Notes: generated from the sequence alone by a model not told the origin. Shown: positions 25,781-39,170, numbered from the whole stretch's first letter. The stretch is 63,161 bases of DNA, filler included, from Octopus bimaculoides (GCF_001194135.2; 6 parts of 5 records of this genome joined end to end with filler, not necessarily neighbours in it), one strand, 5' to 3'. Numbers and translations: made by a program.

Positions 25781-25957
25781 CACACGTACATACGGAAATA
25801 CGCACATGCACATAGAAGGACTCAGAAAGAATGGAGTAGAGTAAGAGACATCACAATTTATTTTGAACAGGATGAATATTAGTTCATGTATTCTTGTTAC
25901 CAGGGAGGTTTAGTTCCAAAGAAACAGTGATCAACGAATCATTTCTGTATAGTTTGG

Positions 25958-26140
25958 CAAGGCGGCGAGCTGGCAGAAATGTTAGCACACTGGGCGAAAT
26001 GCTTAGTGGTATTTCGTCTATCTTTATGTTCTGAGTTCAAATTCAGCCGAAGTCGACTTTGCCTTTCATCCTTTCGGGATCGATAAATTAAGTATCAGTT
26101 GCATGCTGGGGTCGATCTAATCGACTGCCCCCCCTCCCCN
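25958..26140 (+). mobile_element. SINE family B
   Basis: GGCGGCGAGCTGGCAGAAATGTTAGCACACTGGGCGAAATGCTTAGTGGTATTTCGTC... Confidence 0.85.
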
Positions 26141-26701
26141 NNNNNNNNNNNNNNNNNNNNNNNNNNNNNNNNNNNNNNNNNNNNNNNNNNNNNNNNNNNN
26201 NNNNNNNNNNNNNNNNNNNNNNNNNNNNNNNNNNNNNNNNNNNNNNNNNNNNNNNNNNNNNNNNNNNNNNNNNNNNNNNNNNNNNNNNNNNNNNNNNNNN
26301 NNNNNNNNNNNNNNNNNNNNNNNNNNNNNNNNNNNNNNNNNNNNNNNNNNNNNNNNNNNNNNNNNNNNNNNNNNNNNNNNNNNNNNNNNNNNNNNNNNNN
26401 NNNNNNNNNNNNNNNNNNNNNNNNNNNNNNNNNNNNNNNNNNNNNNNNNNNNNNNNNNNNNNNNNNNNNNNNNNNNNNNNNNNNNNNNNNNNNNNNNNNN
26501 NNNNNNNNNNNNNNNNNNNNNNNNNNNNNNNNNNNNNNNNNNNNNNNNNNNNNNNNNNNNNNNNNNNNNNNNNNNNNNNNNNNNNNNNNNNNNNNNNNNN
26601 NNNNNNNNNNNNNNNNNNNNNNNNNNNNNNNNNNNNNNNNNNNNNNNTTACGGAAATGTAAACACACTGACACCAGTTGCCAAGCAGGGACAAACACAGG
26701 G

Positions 26702-26931
26702 TGACAAGGCTGACCCCTTGAATTACAGGCACAACAGAAACAGGAAGTAAGAGTGAGAGAAAGTCGTGGTGAAAGAGTACAGCTGGGTTCGCCTCCATCC
26801 CCTGCCGGAGCCTCGTGGAGCTTTAGGTGTTTTCGCTCAATAAACACTCACAACGCCCGGTCTGGGAATCGAAACCACAATCCTATGACCGCGAGTCCAC
26901 TGCCCTAACCACTAGGCCATTGTGCCTCCAC
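26702..26931 (-). mobile_element. SINE family C, gap-truncated
   Basis: Highly similar to 2850-3078. Confidence 0.85.
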
Positions 26932-28728
26932 TGAGTCTTCGATACACAATGTATGATCATTGCTGTGAGTTGAATCTAGCTTTTAATAATGTATAAAGGT
27001 GGGAGATATGACAATCAGTATGGAACAAAATGGCTTTTAGGTATTTAGTTATATAATTTTGTGTTCAGAGTTCAAGCCCCACTGAGGTCAATTTTGCTTT
27101 TCATGTTTATAAAGGTTTAGGATCAATAGAAGAGATTATCAGTTTGGGCGAGATGATTTCATTAACTGAGCCTTTTGTAAGTGTGTGTTGTGTGAGTGAG
27201 TGCAACAGAGAGAGAAAGGGAGAGAAGGAGAGAGAGAGTGTGTGTGTGTATGTGTGTATGCAAGAAAGAAGCAGTGTGTGTGTGTGGTGTGTGTGTGCGT
27301 GCACATGGGAGAGTGGGTGAGAGAGAGCGTGCATGCAAGAATGGAGTATGTATGCATGTGTGTGTGATAGAGAGAGGGCGAGTGTATGTGTGTATGTAAG
27401 AAAGAAGCGGTGCATGTGTGTATGTGTGTGTGGGTGTGCATGCACATGGGAGAATGAGTTTGTGTGTGTGTGTGTAAAAGAGAGAGAGTGAGGGTATGTG
27501 TGTTACGCAAGAATGAAGTAGTGTGTGTGTGGTGTGTGTATGTGGGTGTGGGTGTGCCTGCACATGAGAGAGTGTTTGAGAGAGAGCATGTGTGTGGGTG
27601 CATGTAAGAATGGAGTGTGTATGTGTGCATGTGTGAGAGAGAGAGTGAGTGTGTGTGTGCGTGTATGCATATCTATCAAGTTAATGAGCTTCAACAACTG
27701 ACTGTCAATGCGTTGATCATGTAGATATGCAGATATATGTATACATATATATGTGTGTATATATACACACACACACACATACATATATATATATATTACA
27801 TACATGTGTATGCCTGTATGCTTGACTATGTGTATATGCCTGCAGTACAGATCATATGTCGACCTACCTTATCCAACTACTTATTTACAGCTGACATAAT
27901 ATTTCATCACTTTACGTCAACAGACAACACACCAACAAGAAACCTACCCCAAAAACACAAAACACCACCACCACCACCACCACACAATCACACATCACTT
28001 ATCTCAAAACATCTCCACCCCACCCCCCATCCCACCCGAAATCTTCTACGCATATAAGTAGTAGTGAAAAACACCTTTAAACTCAATATACACACACTGA
28101 CGTGCCAATCAGCATCATCTCAGCTTGCACTCAACACACATGCACACATACACAAACACACACCTCAACGCTGCCTATACTTCATACCCATGCCCCACAA
28201 CATCATCTATACTCCACTCACACTCACACACACGCACGCTCACACTTCCCCCTCAACACTGCCTACANNNNNNNNNNCCACCCCCCATCCCACCCGAAAT
28301 CTTCTACGCATATAAGTAGTAGTGAAAAACACCTTTAAACTCAATATACACACACTGACGTGCCAATCAGCATCATCTCAGCTTGCACTCAACACACATG
28401 CACACATACACAAACACACACCTCAACGCTGCCTATACTTCATACCCATGCCCCACAACATCATCTATACTCCACTCACACTCACACACACGCACGCTCA
28501 CACTTCCCCCTCAACACTGCCTACACTTAACACACACCACTTAACATACCCTATACTCAACTCACATACACAACACTCAATGCACACTTGCTCCACTCAA
28601 CATTGCCTATACTCAACACAAACACTCATACACACACATAGAACACTCAACATACACTCACTCTGCTCAGTACTGCTTTTACTCAACACACTGCTCAATA
28701 TTGCTTTTACTCAACACACTCACACATT

Positions 28729-28765
<37 letters not shown>

Positions 28766-28786
28766 TCACACACTCACACACATATA

Positions 28787-28952
28787 CATGATGGGCTTCT
28801 TTCAGTTTCCATCTACCTAATCCACTCACAAGGTTTTGGTCGGCCTGAGACTATAGCAAAAAAAGACACTAGCCCAAGGTGGCATGCAGTGGGACCGAAC
28901 CCGGAACCATGTGGGTCGGAAAGTAAACATCTTACCACACAGCCATGCCTAT
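28787..28952 (-). mobile_element. SINE family A 5' half
   Basis: Reverse complement of the family A head, adjoining (CA)n. Confidence 0.8.
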
Positions 28953-30824
28953 AACTCAGCATTGTCATCATCATTATCATCATCATCAACATCAGCTTCA
29001 ATTCACAAACCGATCACCATCATCAGGTAGGATGACGTTTTTATGAGAAGAAAAATTCTATAGAAACCAATTTACTGTCTGCAGCACCCAGAACATTCCT
29101 TGACTCACCAAAGTCATTCTTCTTATCGATTTCTACTCTTCCTCCTCCTCCTCCCTCTTCCTGATTGCTTTTTTCTTTTTTCCTTCCTCTACTTTCAAAC
29201 CATCTTCTTTCATCTCTATGCAGTCACTTTCTCTTTTTTTCTTCTTCTCTCCACTCCACCCTCCAAACCTCCCACCGCCATCCATGCTAAGTTATTTTCT
29301 CAGTCAAACTTAACTCTTTCCATTTCCCTCTGTCTCTCTCTCTCTCACACTCACACACACACACACACACACTACTTTCTTCAAATATTTTACAAGCTTA
29401 ACACTCTCTCCTGCTTTGCTCCTGAAAATTCTTCCTCCTTACTCTATCTTCCTCTCTTTCTCTCCAAGCATGCATACATCTTTCCCTCTCCCTCTCTCTC
29501 TCTTTCCTCCTCTCTCGTATCGTTTCTGTCTTATTTAATTCCTATTTTCTCATATTTTTTCCCCCAAAATTTCATCATGTCTTTTATCTCTCCTATTTGT
29601 CTCTCAGCAATTTTTATTACCATTTGACACAAATATATCCCTTTACGTCTTTAGCCAACTCTATTCCTTTTTTACTTTTTCGTTCTTCTGCCCCCCCCCT
29701 CCTACTTCTTCAACTGTCATTTTTACCCCCTTAATTCTGTTCACAGACATTTCTCAAACCACCCAACAAACACCCAACACCCCCACCCCGTCTTGTTGTC
29801 TTACCTTTGTTTTGACTTTTTGCAAGATTTTATTACCCCACCACCACCACCACCACCACACCACACCCCACCCTCCACTTTACTTCCTTTCGTACTCCCA
29901 CCATTTCTATTGGACATATTTTCTCCTCTCCCCATTACTCTTATTATAACTGAGTACATCAAACATACAGCAATAGGAGAAAAACACATCTCTCTCTCTC
30001 TCTCTCTCTCTCACTTTCTCTCTAATACTCTCTCCCTATTTCTTTATCTCATTCTGTCTCATACCATTGTTGAATAAAACCATGTAATACCTCCAGTCAG
30101 CTGTAGTCTTATGAGATAATAGATTCTTTGAGAAACAACAGCTGTGTGAATGGAGAAGGGTCGGCTAACGAAAACTGGAATAAAATGAAACACACGCACA
30201 CACACACACACACAAAACAAACGACCAAACAAACAAAAATAAACCAACCTCGACCCCCTAAGCCACCCCACTAAGCCACCCACCTCCACGCCCGACCGTA
30301 TCCAGCTTCCCATGACATAAAAAAAACCATACGGTCACTTCACTTCTTCCATATCGCTGAAAATAACTAACTTCCATGCATGCAAAAAAACAAGACAACA
30401 CTGTGTCACATGACAGGCATTAGTACAAGACAATTTTTTTTTTATGAGCCCCTATAAAATGAGCAGTAAAAATTGAAGAATTTTCTAATGGTCTGTGCCA
30501 GCAATTAGTATAAATAGTTCAAATGAGAAATATATTGATTTGCTATGAAGAAGATGAAAAGTCTAATGTTATGAGCAGTATCTTTCGTTGGAAACTGATG
30601 CTACAAGACTTTATACATGTGTCTGTGTTTTATTATATATTAATATAAGAATACAAGTGCAATATCATATAAAAAAAAGAAAGGTTTATTTCGGTTTTTT
30701 ACGTTTTCATTTTCCGTTTTCCTTTTTTTTTGTGTTAATTTTGATGATCTTGCATCAAGTTTTGTTCCATTTTCTCCTCTGTGATTCCTATTCTGTATAT
30801 GACCACTTATTCTCCTCTTATCTA

Positions 30825-30858
<34 letters not shown>

Positions 30859-30863
30859 CACAC

Positions 30864-31140
30864 ATATCATCATCATCATCGTTTAACATCCGCTTTCCAT
30901 GCTAGCATGGGTTGGACGATTTGACTGAGGACTGGCAAGCCAGAAGACTGCACCAGGCTCCAATCTGATCTGGCAGAGTTTCTACAGCTGGATGCCTTCC
31001 TAACGCCAACCACTCCGAGATTGTAGTAGGTGCTTTCACGTGCCACTGGCACAAGGGCCAGTCACATGGTACTGGCAATGAACTCGCTCAAATGATTTTC
31101 TAACGTGCCACCAGCACAAGTGCTAGAAGGCAATGCTGGT
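30864..31140 (-). mobile_element. Family D retroposon, 5' truncated
   Basis: (CAT)n-CGTTTAACATCCGCTTTCCATGCTAGCATGGGTTGGACG...GGATGCCTTCCTAACGCCAACCAC. Confidence 0.85.
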
Positions 31141-31282
31141 AATGATATATATATACATGCATATATATATCATTCAGATATAGGGTAAAAATTAATAATT
31201 AATTAATAATTTTATCAAGTAGTTTGGTATGTTAAAAAAAACATTATCGGTAAACTTATACAAAAGTTTTATAATTATAAAC

Positions 31283-31414
31283 ATAATTAAAATTAGGGTT
31301 CAGCAAAAATTGCTTCTGGGAGATATATAATGGTAGTGGAATAGCATTTTAACTGCTATTTCTAATTTTCGGAGTGTGGTAAAGCAATTTTTGCCAAACC
31401 CTAATTTTAATTAT
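31283..31414. mobile_element. Small MITE-like element with ~33 bp terminal inverted repeats
   Basis: ATAATTAAAATTAGGGTTCAGCAAAAATTGCTT ... AAGCAATTTTTGCCAAACCCTAATTTTAATTAT. Confidence 0.7.
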
Positions 31415-31749
31415 ATAGGGAGGACAGACTCAATATTTCCCACCAGGTAAGAAATTGAAATATTAGGACTTATTCAATGAGGCTCTTGTCAAGGGCTGGC
31501 ATTTGGCCTCATTCTCCAGTTCTTTTGATTCACTTAAACAATTTCATTGTGTCTAGGGAGAGTCATTATACCAATATAAAGAATTTTACAAACCAGATAC
31601 AAAACAAACAAAAAAACTAAAAATGAAATTATCTCCATCTTCAGAAGATATATCACAATTACCACAGACGATCTCAAGAAGCAAGAATTCTCCAAAGCTG
31701 GAATGCTTTTGAAGGAAAATAACAGGCTTATTGTCTTGAGGTGAGAGGA

Positions 31750-31800
31750 CAGCTGTTGACATGTTTCAGACTCAATAGCCATCATCAGTATGACAATTGT
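31750..31800 (-). ncRNA. Minimal type I hammerhead ribozyme-like motif (Penelope-type), degenerate
   Basis: Minus strand CUGAUGA-U-GGCU-AUUG-AGUC-U-GAAAC-AU-GUC: intact core boxes, a palindromic ACAUGU stem III and a GUC triplet. Stem I is weak. Confidence 0.5.
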
Positions 31801-32600
31801 TCCAACCTTATATCCAGTAAGTGATTTAGAGTTTTATTTAATAAGGTGAGAGATGAAAGTGACCAGATAGATAATAGAGCACCAGGCAACTAAGAGGTTG
31901 GTAGTTCATATTTTGTTACAAATCTGTGATAAAATAGAACAAAATGCGGGATACATCTGTGCTCCAGACATCTCCATTGAAAATAGTTCGTTGTTGAAGC
32001 CAGAAGGTAACTGTGGTTGAATCAGAATAACTTACCATTCTAAGTTTTCTTAGCAACATTCAGTGAATGAAAATATTTTCTAGTTTGTAGAAGAGATAGC
32101 CAAGTTCAACTTCTTTTATGAATAAAAACTTGGAAGAGCCATGGCCTTGTTCCAAGCTAACTTCCTCGAAAATATATTGCGTGAGAAGGAATATGTGTGT
32201 ATGTAAGTTTAAATGTTCATTCATAAGAATTTGAAGAACTTTGCTTTGCAAACACATGGTTCCAAATCGGTTCACAGTGCACAGCATTTTGGAATAATAT
32301 CTGTAACTCTTTAGCATTTAATGCAGTCATATTTAGCCCATATATTCTACCTGATTTTTTGTTTTTGGTAAAACTGACCACATCTGATATCTCACACCTA
32401 CCTCACAATGTCATTCTAAAAATACATAAGCACACCATTGAACTCTTGGGATTAATTCAAAACAATGTGGAAAAATATGCAATATATTTGAGAAATAAAT
32501 CTGAATGCTAGAGTTAACCCATAGCTTCAAATTAACCAAAGGCTTGTGAGTGGAGCTTGGTAGATGGAAATGGAGAAGAAGTCCTTTATGTATATGTGTG

Positions 32601-32651
<51 letters not shown>

Positions 32652-32719
32652 CAGTGAAGGATAAGCACATAGGTAAGAAAATTGAAAACCAGATGAAAAC
32701 TGTGCAGATGTCTTTTGTA

Positions 32720-33972
32720 TTGGGTCATCCTGTAAATAATGTAGTTTTTTATCTTATTTTTCAAAATTAAGATAAACAACGTTCTTTTTAATCTAAAATA
32801 TACACTCCTTAATTTTCTACAATGCTCTTCCATCTATATGGCAGACTTGCAAGGCCCCTCTTCCAAAATTCACTTGTCTGTGACAAACAATACTCCTCCA
32901 GTACTGTTCTCACCTCATCTAAAGAATTCGTATATTTTCTGTCCAAATGATTTCGAAGACTGTGCAATAAATGATAGTCAGATGGGGCAATGTCCAGTAG
33001 ATTCAATCTGCTCCAGCCTTTGGAATGTCATCCTTGCTGTATGTGGCTGAGCTTTATCCTGATGGAGGAACACCTTTTGTCTTGAAACCAAAGATGGTTG
33101 TTTTTCTTCTAGTGCTGACTTAAACCACTCAAGCCGATTGTAGTAGATCTCCTTTGTTATCATTTGGTTTGGGTTTAAAAATTCGAAGTGGATTAAACCT
33201 TTCATACCCCACCAAACAGATAACAAAGCCTTACTTGGGTGAAGACTTTCTGTAGCCTGGGGTGCCAATGTTTCTCCTTTCCCTACTCATTGTCTGCAGT
33301 ACTTGACAATTTTATAGAGAACCCATTTTTCATTATCAGTCACTATTCGGCCCCAAAAAGATTCATTTGTGAGACATGACAGCAAAGAAGAGAACACATT
33401 CACTCTATGCGTGTGGTTAGACTCGGAAAGTTTGTGAGGAACCCATTGACCAAATTTGCTGACTATTCTGATGGCACGGAGGTGTCAATGAATGGTTGAA
33501 TAGCCATATCCAAGCTTCTCTCCTAGTTCCTCGACAATCACGGTGGGATTTTGTTCCACCAGGGTTTGCAGGATGTCCTCATCAAGCCCTACAGATCCTC
33601 CAGGACGAGGTTTGTATTCTAGGCTGTAGTTTCCGGCTCAGAATTTCCTTAACCACCATTAACACTAGTTTATACTTATTGTCCAATACTAATATACTGC
33701 ATTAATATTCCTCACGCTTTCCATTGTGTTGTTGCCTTCATTGAATTCATAAAGCAAAATATGCCAAATATGCTCCTTTGTCACTTCCATTATAGCCTTG
33801 AAAAAATAACTGTTAAAATCGAACTGCACTCTTTCAAAATTGCACTAAGAATAAGACTAAGGTAAATTTACTACCTACTTTTATAGCAAGTTGATGCAGG
33901 TAGTTTATCCTGTCCCCCTCTGACTTTAATTCATGCAATTGAAAAAACTGCATTATTTGTGGGATGACCCAA
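32720..33972 (-). mobile_element. Full-length defective mariner (DD34D-type) DNA transposon
   Basis: TIRs TTGGGTCATCCTGTAAATAATGTAGTTTTTT / AAAAAACTGCATTATTTGTGGGATGACCCAA, TA on the left (TG on the right), ~1.25 kb. Transposase relic from ATG 33790 with QWVPHKLSE, RIVTDNEKWV, LSVWWG, LHQDKA and LLDIAPSDY. It has stops, a frameshift, and the first catalytic Asp appears mutated to Asn. Confidence 0.92.
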
Positions 33973-34021
33973 TGTAAGAGCTTACATATATATCAGTGAA
34001 GGATAAATACATTGTTTTATT

Positions 34022-34437
34022 TTGTTACTTATTTCAGTCACTTGACTGTGGCCATGCTGGAGCACTGCCTTAAAGGGTTTCTAGTTGCAGAAATCGACCC
34101 CAGGACTTCTTTGTAAGCCTAGTACTTATTCTATTGGTCACTTTTACCAAACTGCTAAGGTGACATAAACATCAGTTGTCAAGCAATGGTTGGGGAAAAA
34201 ACAGGCACAAAGACACACACACACACTCACACACACAGACCCACACACACATACACACACACCTATATATATAACAGGCTTCTTTCAGTTTCTGTCTACC
34301 AAATCCACTCACAAGGCTTTGGTCAGCCCAAGACTATAGTAGAAGACACTTGCCGAAGGTTCCATGCTGTGGGATTGAACCCAGAACCATGTGATTGGGA
34401 AAGCAAGCTTCTTACCACACAGCCACACCTGTGCCTA
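34022..34437 (-). mobile_element. SINE family A, full length, internal (CA)n
   Basis: Head and tail both match family A. Confidence 0.85.
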
Positions 34438-35387
34438 TAAGAGAATTGAAAATGGGTGTATTCCAAATGAAGTACCTTATAATATTTGTTCCACACCTAC
34501 ACTTTTATCTGATCATTCTCGTTGTTGGAAAGGAAATAAATCAGAAGAGAATTGTGACCCACAATGCTATTGTTCGCCAGAATTGCAGTATAAAATAAAT
34601 AAGTAGTTAAAATATAGCACAGATGTATCTAAAAACCAGTGTGAAAGAGAAAAGAGAAAAAAGAAAAAAAGGAATCATCCTATATATTGTGCTGATAATA
34701 CATTGTCTGTACTTGCTGTATTTAATTGAGAATTGATTCCATTTTCAGCAATACTCACATTCAAAACTAACAATTTACAAAAAGAATGCAAAAAAAAAAG
34801 AAAATATGAAAATAAAACTTTAAAAAAAAAATACAGAAAAACTAATGCCATATGCAAATAGTACATTGCACAGTTTTAATGCAATTATGGATTTCTGAAA
34901 AATTTAAAAAGTAATAACCGATAAAAAGAAAAAAAGAAGAGAAAGGGAGCAGATTAGTAATAATAAATAAATAAGAGTAAAAAGTAAGAAATTTTGCTAA
35001 AATAATTTTGGCAATTTTTGAAAGCTACAAGAAATTTGATTTTATAACACACTTATTTCAGCTGTGATAATCAAATTATGAAGCATTTTTGGAACACTAA
35101 TTCTTGTAGTGTTATTTGCACTTACAGAGTTTGTGGAATAAGATGGTATTAAATTAACATCCTTTTAGTTATTTAGATCTGTCAATATTGAGTTCAGTTC
35201 TTGTCAAGATCAACGTTGCCTCTTTCATACTTCTGGGGGTGATTTAAATACCGGAACCCCATCGCCCCCCCCCCAAAAAAAATGGGTTAACACAGTTGAT
35301 ATTACATTTCCCTTACAAATCAAAGGGAGAGATTTCAGAAATTTTGATTTCAGTATCTGCTGGCCAGTCTGCTTTCTTTTACGGTGC

Positions 35388-35520
35388 AAGTATGGCTGTG
35401 TGGTAAGAAGCTTGCTTCCCAACTACATGATTCCAGGTTCAGTCCCACTGCATGGCAACTTGGGCAAGTGTCTTCTGCTATAGCCTCAGGCCAACCAAAG
35501 CCTAGTTAAGTGCATTTGGT
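35388..35520 (+). mobile_element. SINE family A 5' half (gap-truncated)
   Basis: GGCTGTGTGGTAAGAAGCTTGCTTCCCAACTACATGATTCCAGGTTCAGTCCC... Confidence 0.8.
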
Positions 35521-36311
35521 NNNNNNNNNNNNNNNNNNNNNNNNNNNNNNNNNNNNNNNNNNNNNNNNNNNNNNNNNNNNNNNNNNNNNNNNNNNNNNNN
35601 NNNNNNNNNNNNNNNNNNNNNNNNNNNNNNNNNNNNNNNNNNNNNNNNNNNNNNNNNNNNNNNNNNNNNNNNNNNNNNNNNNNNNNNNNNNNNNNNNNNN
35701 NNNNNNNNNNNNNNNNNNNNNNNNNNNNNNNNNNNNNNNNNNNNNNNNNNNNNNNNNNNNNNNNNNNNNNNNNNNNNNNNNNNNNNNNNNNNNNNNNNNN
35801 NNNNNNNNNNNNNNNNNNNNNNNNNNNNNNNNNNNNNNNNNNNNNNNNNNNNNNNATATATATATATATATATATATATTATTCTTTTATTTGTTTCAGT
35901 TATTTGACTGCGACCATGCTGGAGCACCGCCTTCAGTCAAACAAATCAACCCCAAGACTTATTCTTCGTAAGCCTAGTACTTATTCTATTGGTTTCTTTT
36001 GGCATATTGGATAATATAATCTCAGATATTCTATGTTTGGTTACAGATTTAATAAGTTCAAAAAAGGACTTCAGAACAATTTTGGAACTACTTTTGTTAC
36101 TATTCTTCAAATGTTCTACAAGTAGAAATGTCAAATCTTTTCTGTTTGGTTCACACTTTTTTAAATTTTAAAATTAAGTGAAAATTTTTGAATTTGGTAT
36201 ATTGATGTCATTTTTCATGCTGAATCTGATTTTATTTCTCACTTGTTCCAGAAAATGTTAATCCTAATAGACAAGATACATTGTAATGAGGTCCATGAAT
36301 GTCTAATTACC

Positions 36312-36344
<33 letters not shown>

Positions 36345-36348
<4 letters not shown>

Positions 36349-36505
36349 CATCATCATCATCATCGTTTAACGTCTGCTTTCCATGCTAGCATGGGTTGGA
36401 CGATTTGACTGAGGACTGGTGCAACCGGATGGCTACACCAGGCTCCAATCTAATTTGGCAGAGTTTCTACAGCTGGATGCCCTTCCTAACGCCAACCACT
36501 CAGGA
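36345..36505 (-). mobile_element. Family D retroposon 3' end
   Basis: Same (CAT)n-CGTTTAACGTC... terminus as 30864 and 58815. Confidence 0.85.
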
Positions 36506-37985
36506 TACAGGACGTTAGAACAATGAACTACAGACCACAGAACGAACACATAGGAAAACAGATAGCCACTTGGAATTAATCCTTCGTCAGCTGCTTCTAT
36601 TCTAACTAGACGTTTCGAAGATAAGATATATATACATAGACAATCACACACACACACACATATATATAAGGAAAAAAGTCAAGGTAGAAAATGTTAAAAG
36701 AATTGTATCATAAAAAGCATTTTAGTATTGATTTCAGTCAATGAGACTATTTCAACTCTAATGATGGAAAACAATTGAATTTGGGAAAAATTTAAATGAT
36801 AAGTTCTTTAAAAGAATATTTTTTTACAGTATTCAAATACAAGGGGCATTTTCCTTGTTTCTATCTGTCTCTCCTGTGGATTTGAGGTCATTGTGAATTC
36901 TTGGCAGAGAAGAAGAAGAAGAAGAAGAAGAAGAAGAAGAAGAAGGGAGTGGTATGATAATAGTAGGATGTTAAATGGTCAAGTGACCGGAGGGTGGCTT
37001 GTGGTGGATGGTAGTAGTGGTTGAATTCTTGAGATATCACTTTTGAATGTATTGTTGATATNNNNNNNNNNNNNNNNNNNNNNNNNNNNNNNNNNNNNNN
37101 NNNNNNNNNNNNNNNNNNNNNNNNNNNNNNNNNNNNNNNNNNNNNNNNNNNNNNNNNNNNNNNNNNNNNNNNNNNNNNNNNNNNNNNNNNNNNNNNNNNN
37201 NNNNNNNNNNNNNNNNNNNNNNNNNNNNNNNNNNNNNNNNNNNNNNNNNNNNNNNNNNNNNNNNNNNNNNNNNNNNNNNNNNNNNNNNNNNNNNNNNNNN
37301 NNNNNNNNNNNNNNNNNNNNNNNNNNNNNNNNNNNNNNNNNNNNNNNNNNNNNNNNNNNNNNNNNNNNNNNNNNNNNNNNNNNNNNNNNNNNNNNNNNNN
37401 NNNNNNNNNNNNNNNNNNNNNNNNNNNNNNNNNNNNNNNNNNNNNNNNNNNNNNNNNNNNNNNNNNNNNNNNNNNNNNNNNNNNNNNNNNNNNNNNNNNN
37501 NNNNNNNNNNNNNNNNNNNNNNNNNNNNNNNNNNNNNNNNNNNNNNNNNNNNNNNNNNNNNNNNNNNNNNNNNNNNNNNNNNNNNNNNNNNNNNNNNNNN
37601 NNNNNNNNNNNNNNNNNNNNNNNNNNNNNNNNNNNNNNNNNNNNNNNNNNNNNNNNNNNNNNNNNNNNNNNNNNNNNNNNNNNNNNNNNNNNNNNNNNNN
37701 NNNNNNNNNNNNNNNNNNNNNNNNNNNNNNNNNNNNNNNNNNNNNNNNNNNNNNNNNNNNNNNNNNNNNNNNNNNNNNNNNNNNNNNNNNNNNNNNNNNN
37801 NNNNNNNNNNNNNNNNNNNNNNNNNNNNNNNNNNNNNNNNNNNNNNNNNNNNNNNNNNNNNNNNNNNNNNNNNNNNNNNNNNNNNNNNNNNNNNNNNNNN
37901 NNNNNNNNNNNNNNNNNNNNNNNNNNNNNNNNNNNNNNNNNNNNNNNNNNNNNNNNNNNNNNNNNNNNNNNNNNNNNNNNNNNNN

Positions 37986-38026
<41 letters not shown>

Positions 38027-38030
38027 GTTG

Positions 38031-38270
38031 AGACGCCCTTCAGTCATGACTGACCATGGAATTGCACCTAGAAAGCTACCCTCCCAGGCAAAAGTCCGGG
38101 CAAGGTTGTTTATAGAAGACCAGCAGTCACCCATGCATACTGGCCTCTCCTCTCCATTTCACCAGTGTTATCCAAGGGAAAGGCAAAGGCTGATACAACT
38201 TGGCACCAGTGACATCACAACTCATTTCTACAGCTGAGTGAACTGGAGCAACGTGAAATAAAGTGTCACT
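38031..38270 (-). mobile_element. SINE family E, headless
   Basis: Reverse complement aligns to ~290-512. Confidence 0.75.
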
Positions 38271-38611
38271 GACACACATAAATGTATACTGACAAATCAT
38301 TTCTATCATATACTATGTGCTCACATTGTATATGTATGCATGCATGCACACACGTGTGCTTGTGTGTGTGTACATTTCAGGTGTGTGTAAACAGAGAAAC
38401 TATTTAAACATTGGTGCTTTTGGTGATGCCTTTGTCACCTAATACTTATTAAAACATTCCGGTCAATGTTGATGGAACGAATGAACGAACGAAGACATCA
38501 TGACAGTTGTTTATTTCTTAAGATTCAGTCTTAAGAGAGACTGGCTGTCTGGCTGTCTGTCGTATTTGGTTACAACATTACTTTGGGTTCACTGTATATG
38601 TGTGCATGTTT

Positions 38612-38663
<52 letters not shown>

Positions 38664-38751
38664 TTATTTCACAACGCTTGAAGATAAACAGTGTCGAGAT
38701 CGAAGTCAGAGATTCGGAGAGAAAAAAGGCGATCTTTCGGTATTGGTCTAC

Positions 38752-39170
38752 AGGCGCAGGAGTGGCTACAAGTGCAGTGTGGTATGTAGCTTACTTACCA
38801 GCCACACGGTTCGGGCACCAGCCACACGGTTCGGGCATCAGTCCCACTGCATGGCACCTTCGGCAAGTGTCTTCTACTATAATATAGGGCCAATAAAAGC
38901 CTTGTGAGTGGATTTACTACACGGAAACTGAAAGAAGCCTGTCGTGTATATACATACGAATATATTTGTGTGTTTGTGTTGGTCCCCCACCACCATCGCT
39001 TAACACCCAACATTGGTGTGTTTATGTCCCCCGTAACTTAGTGGTTCGGCAAAAGAGACCAATAGAATAATTACTAGGCTTACAAAGGATAAGTCCTGGG
39101 GTCGATTTGTTCGACTAAAGGCGGTGCTCCAGCATGGCCACAGTGAAATGACTGAAACAAATGAAAGAAT
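38752..39170 (+). mobile_element. SINE family A, full length, with a ~21 nt tandem duplication in the head
   Basis: CCAGCCACACGGTTCGGGCA occurs twice in tandem; the rest matches family A. Confidence 0.85.

Noticed and set aside
27160-27720. Patterned GT/GA tract with recurring GCACATGGGAG words (similar higher-order patterns at 16361-16560 and 57820-58240)
   Set aside because: Explained by slippage and segmental duplication within compound microsatellites.
28018-28525. ~250 bp direct duplication across a 10-N gap
   Set aside because: The copies appear identical and abut the gap: an unmerged contig overlap.
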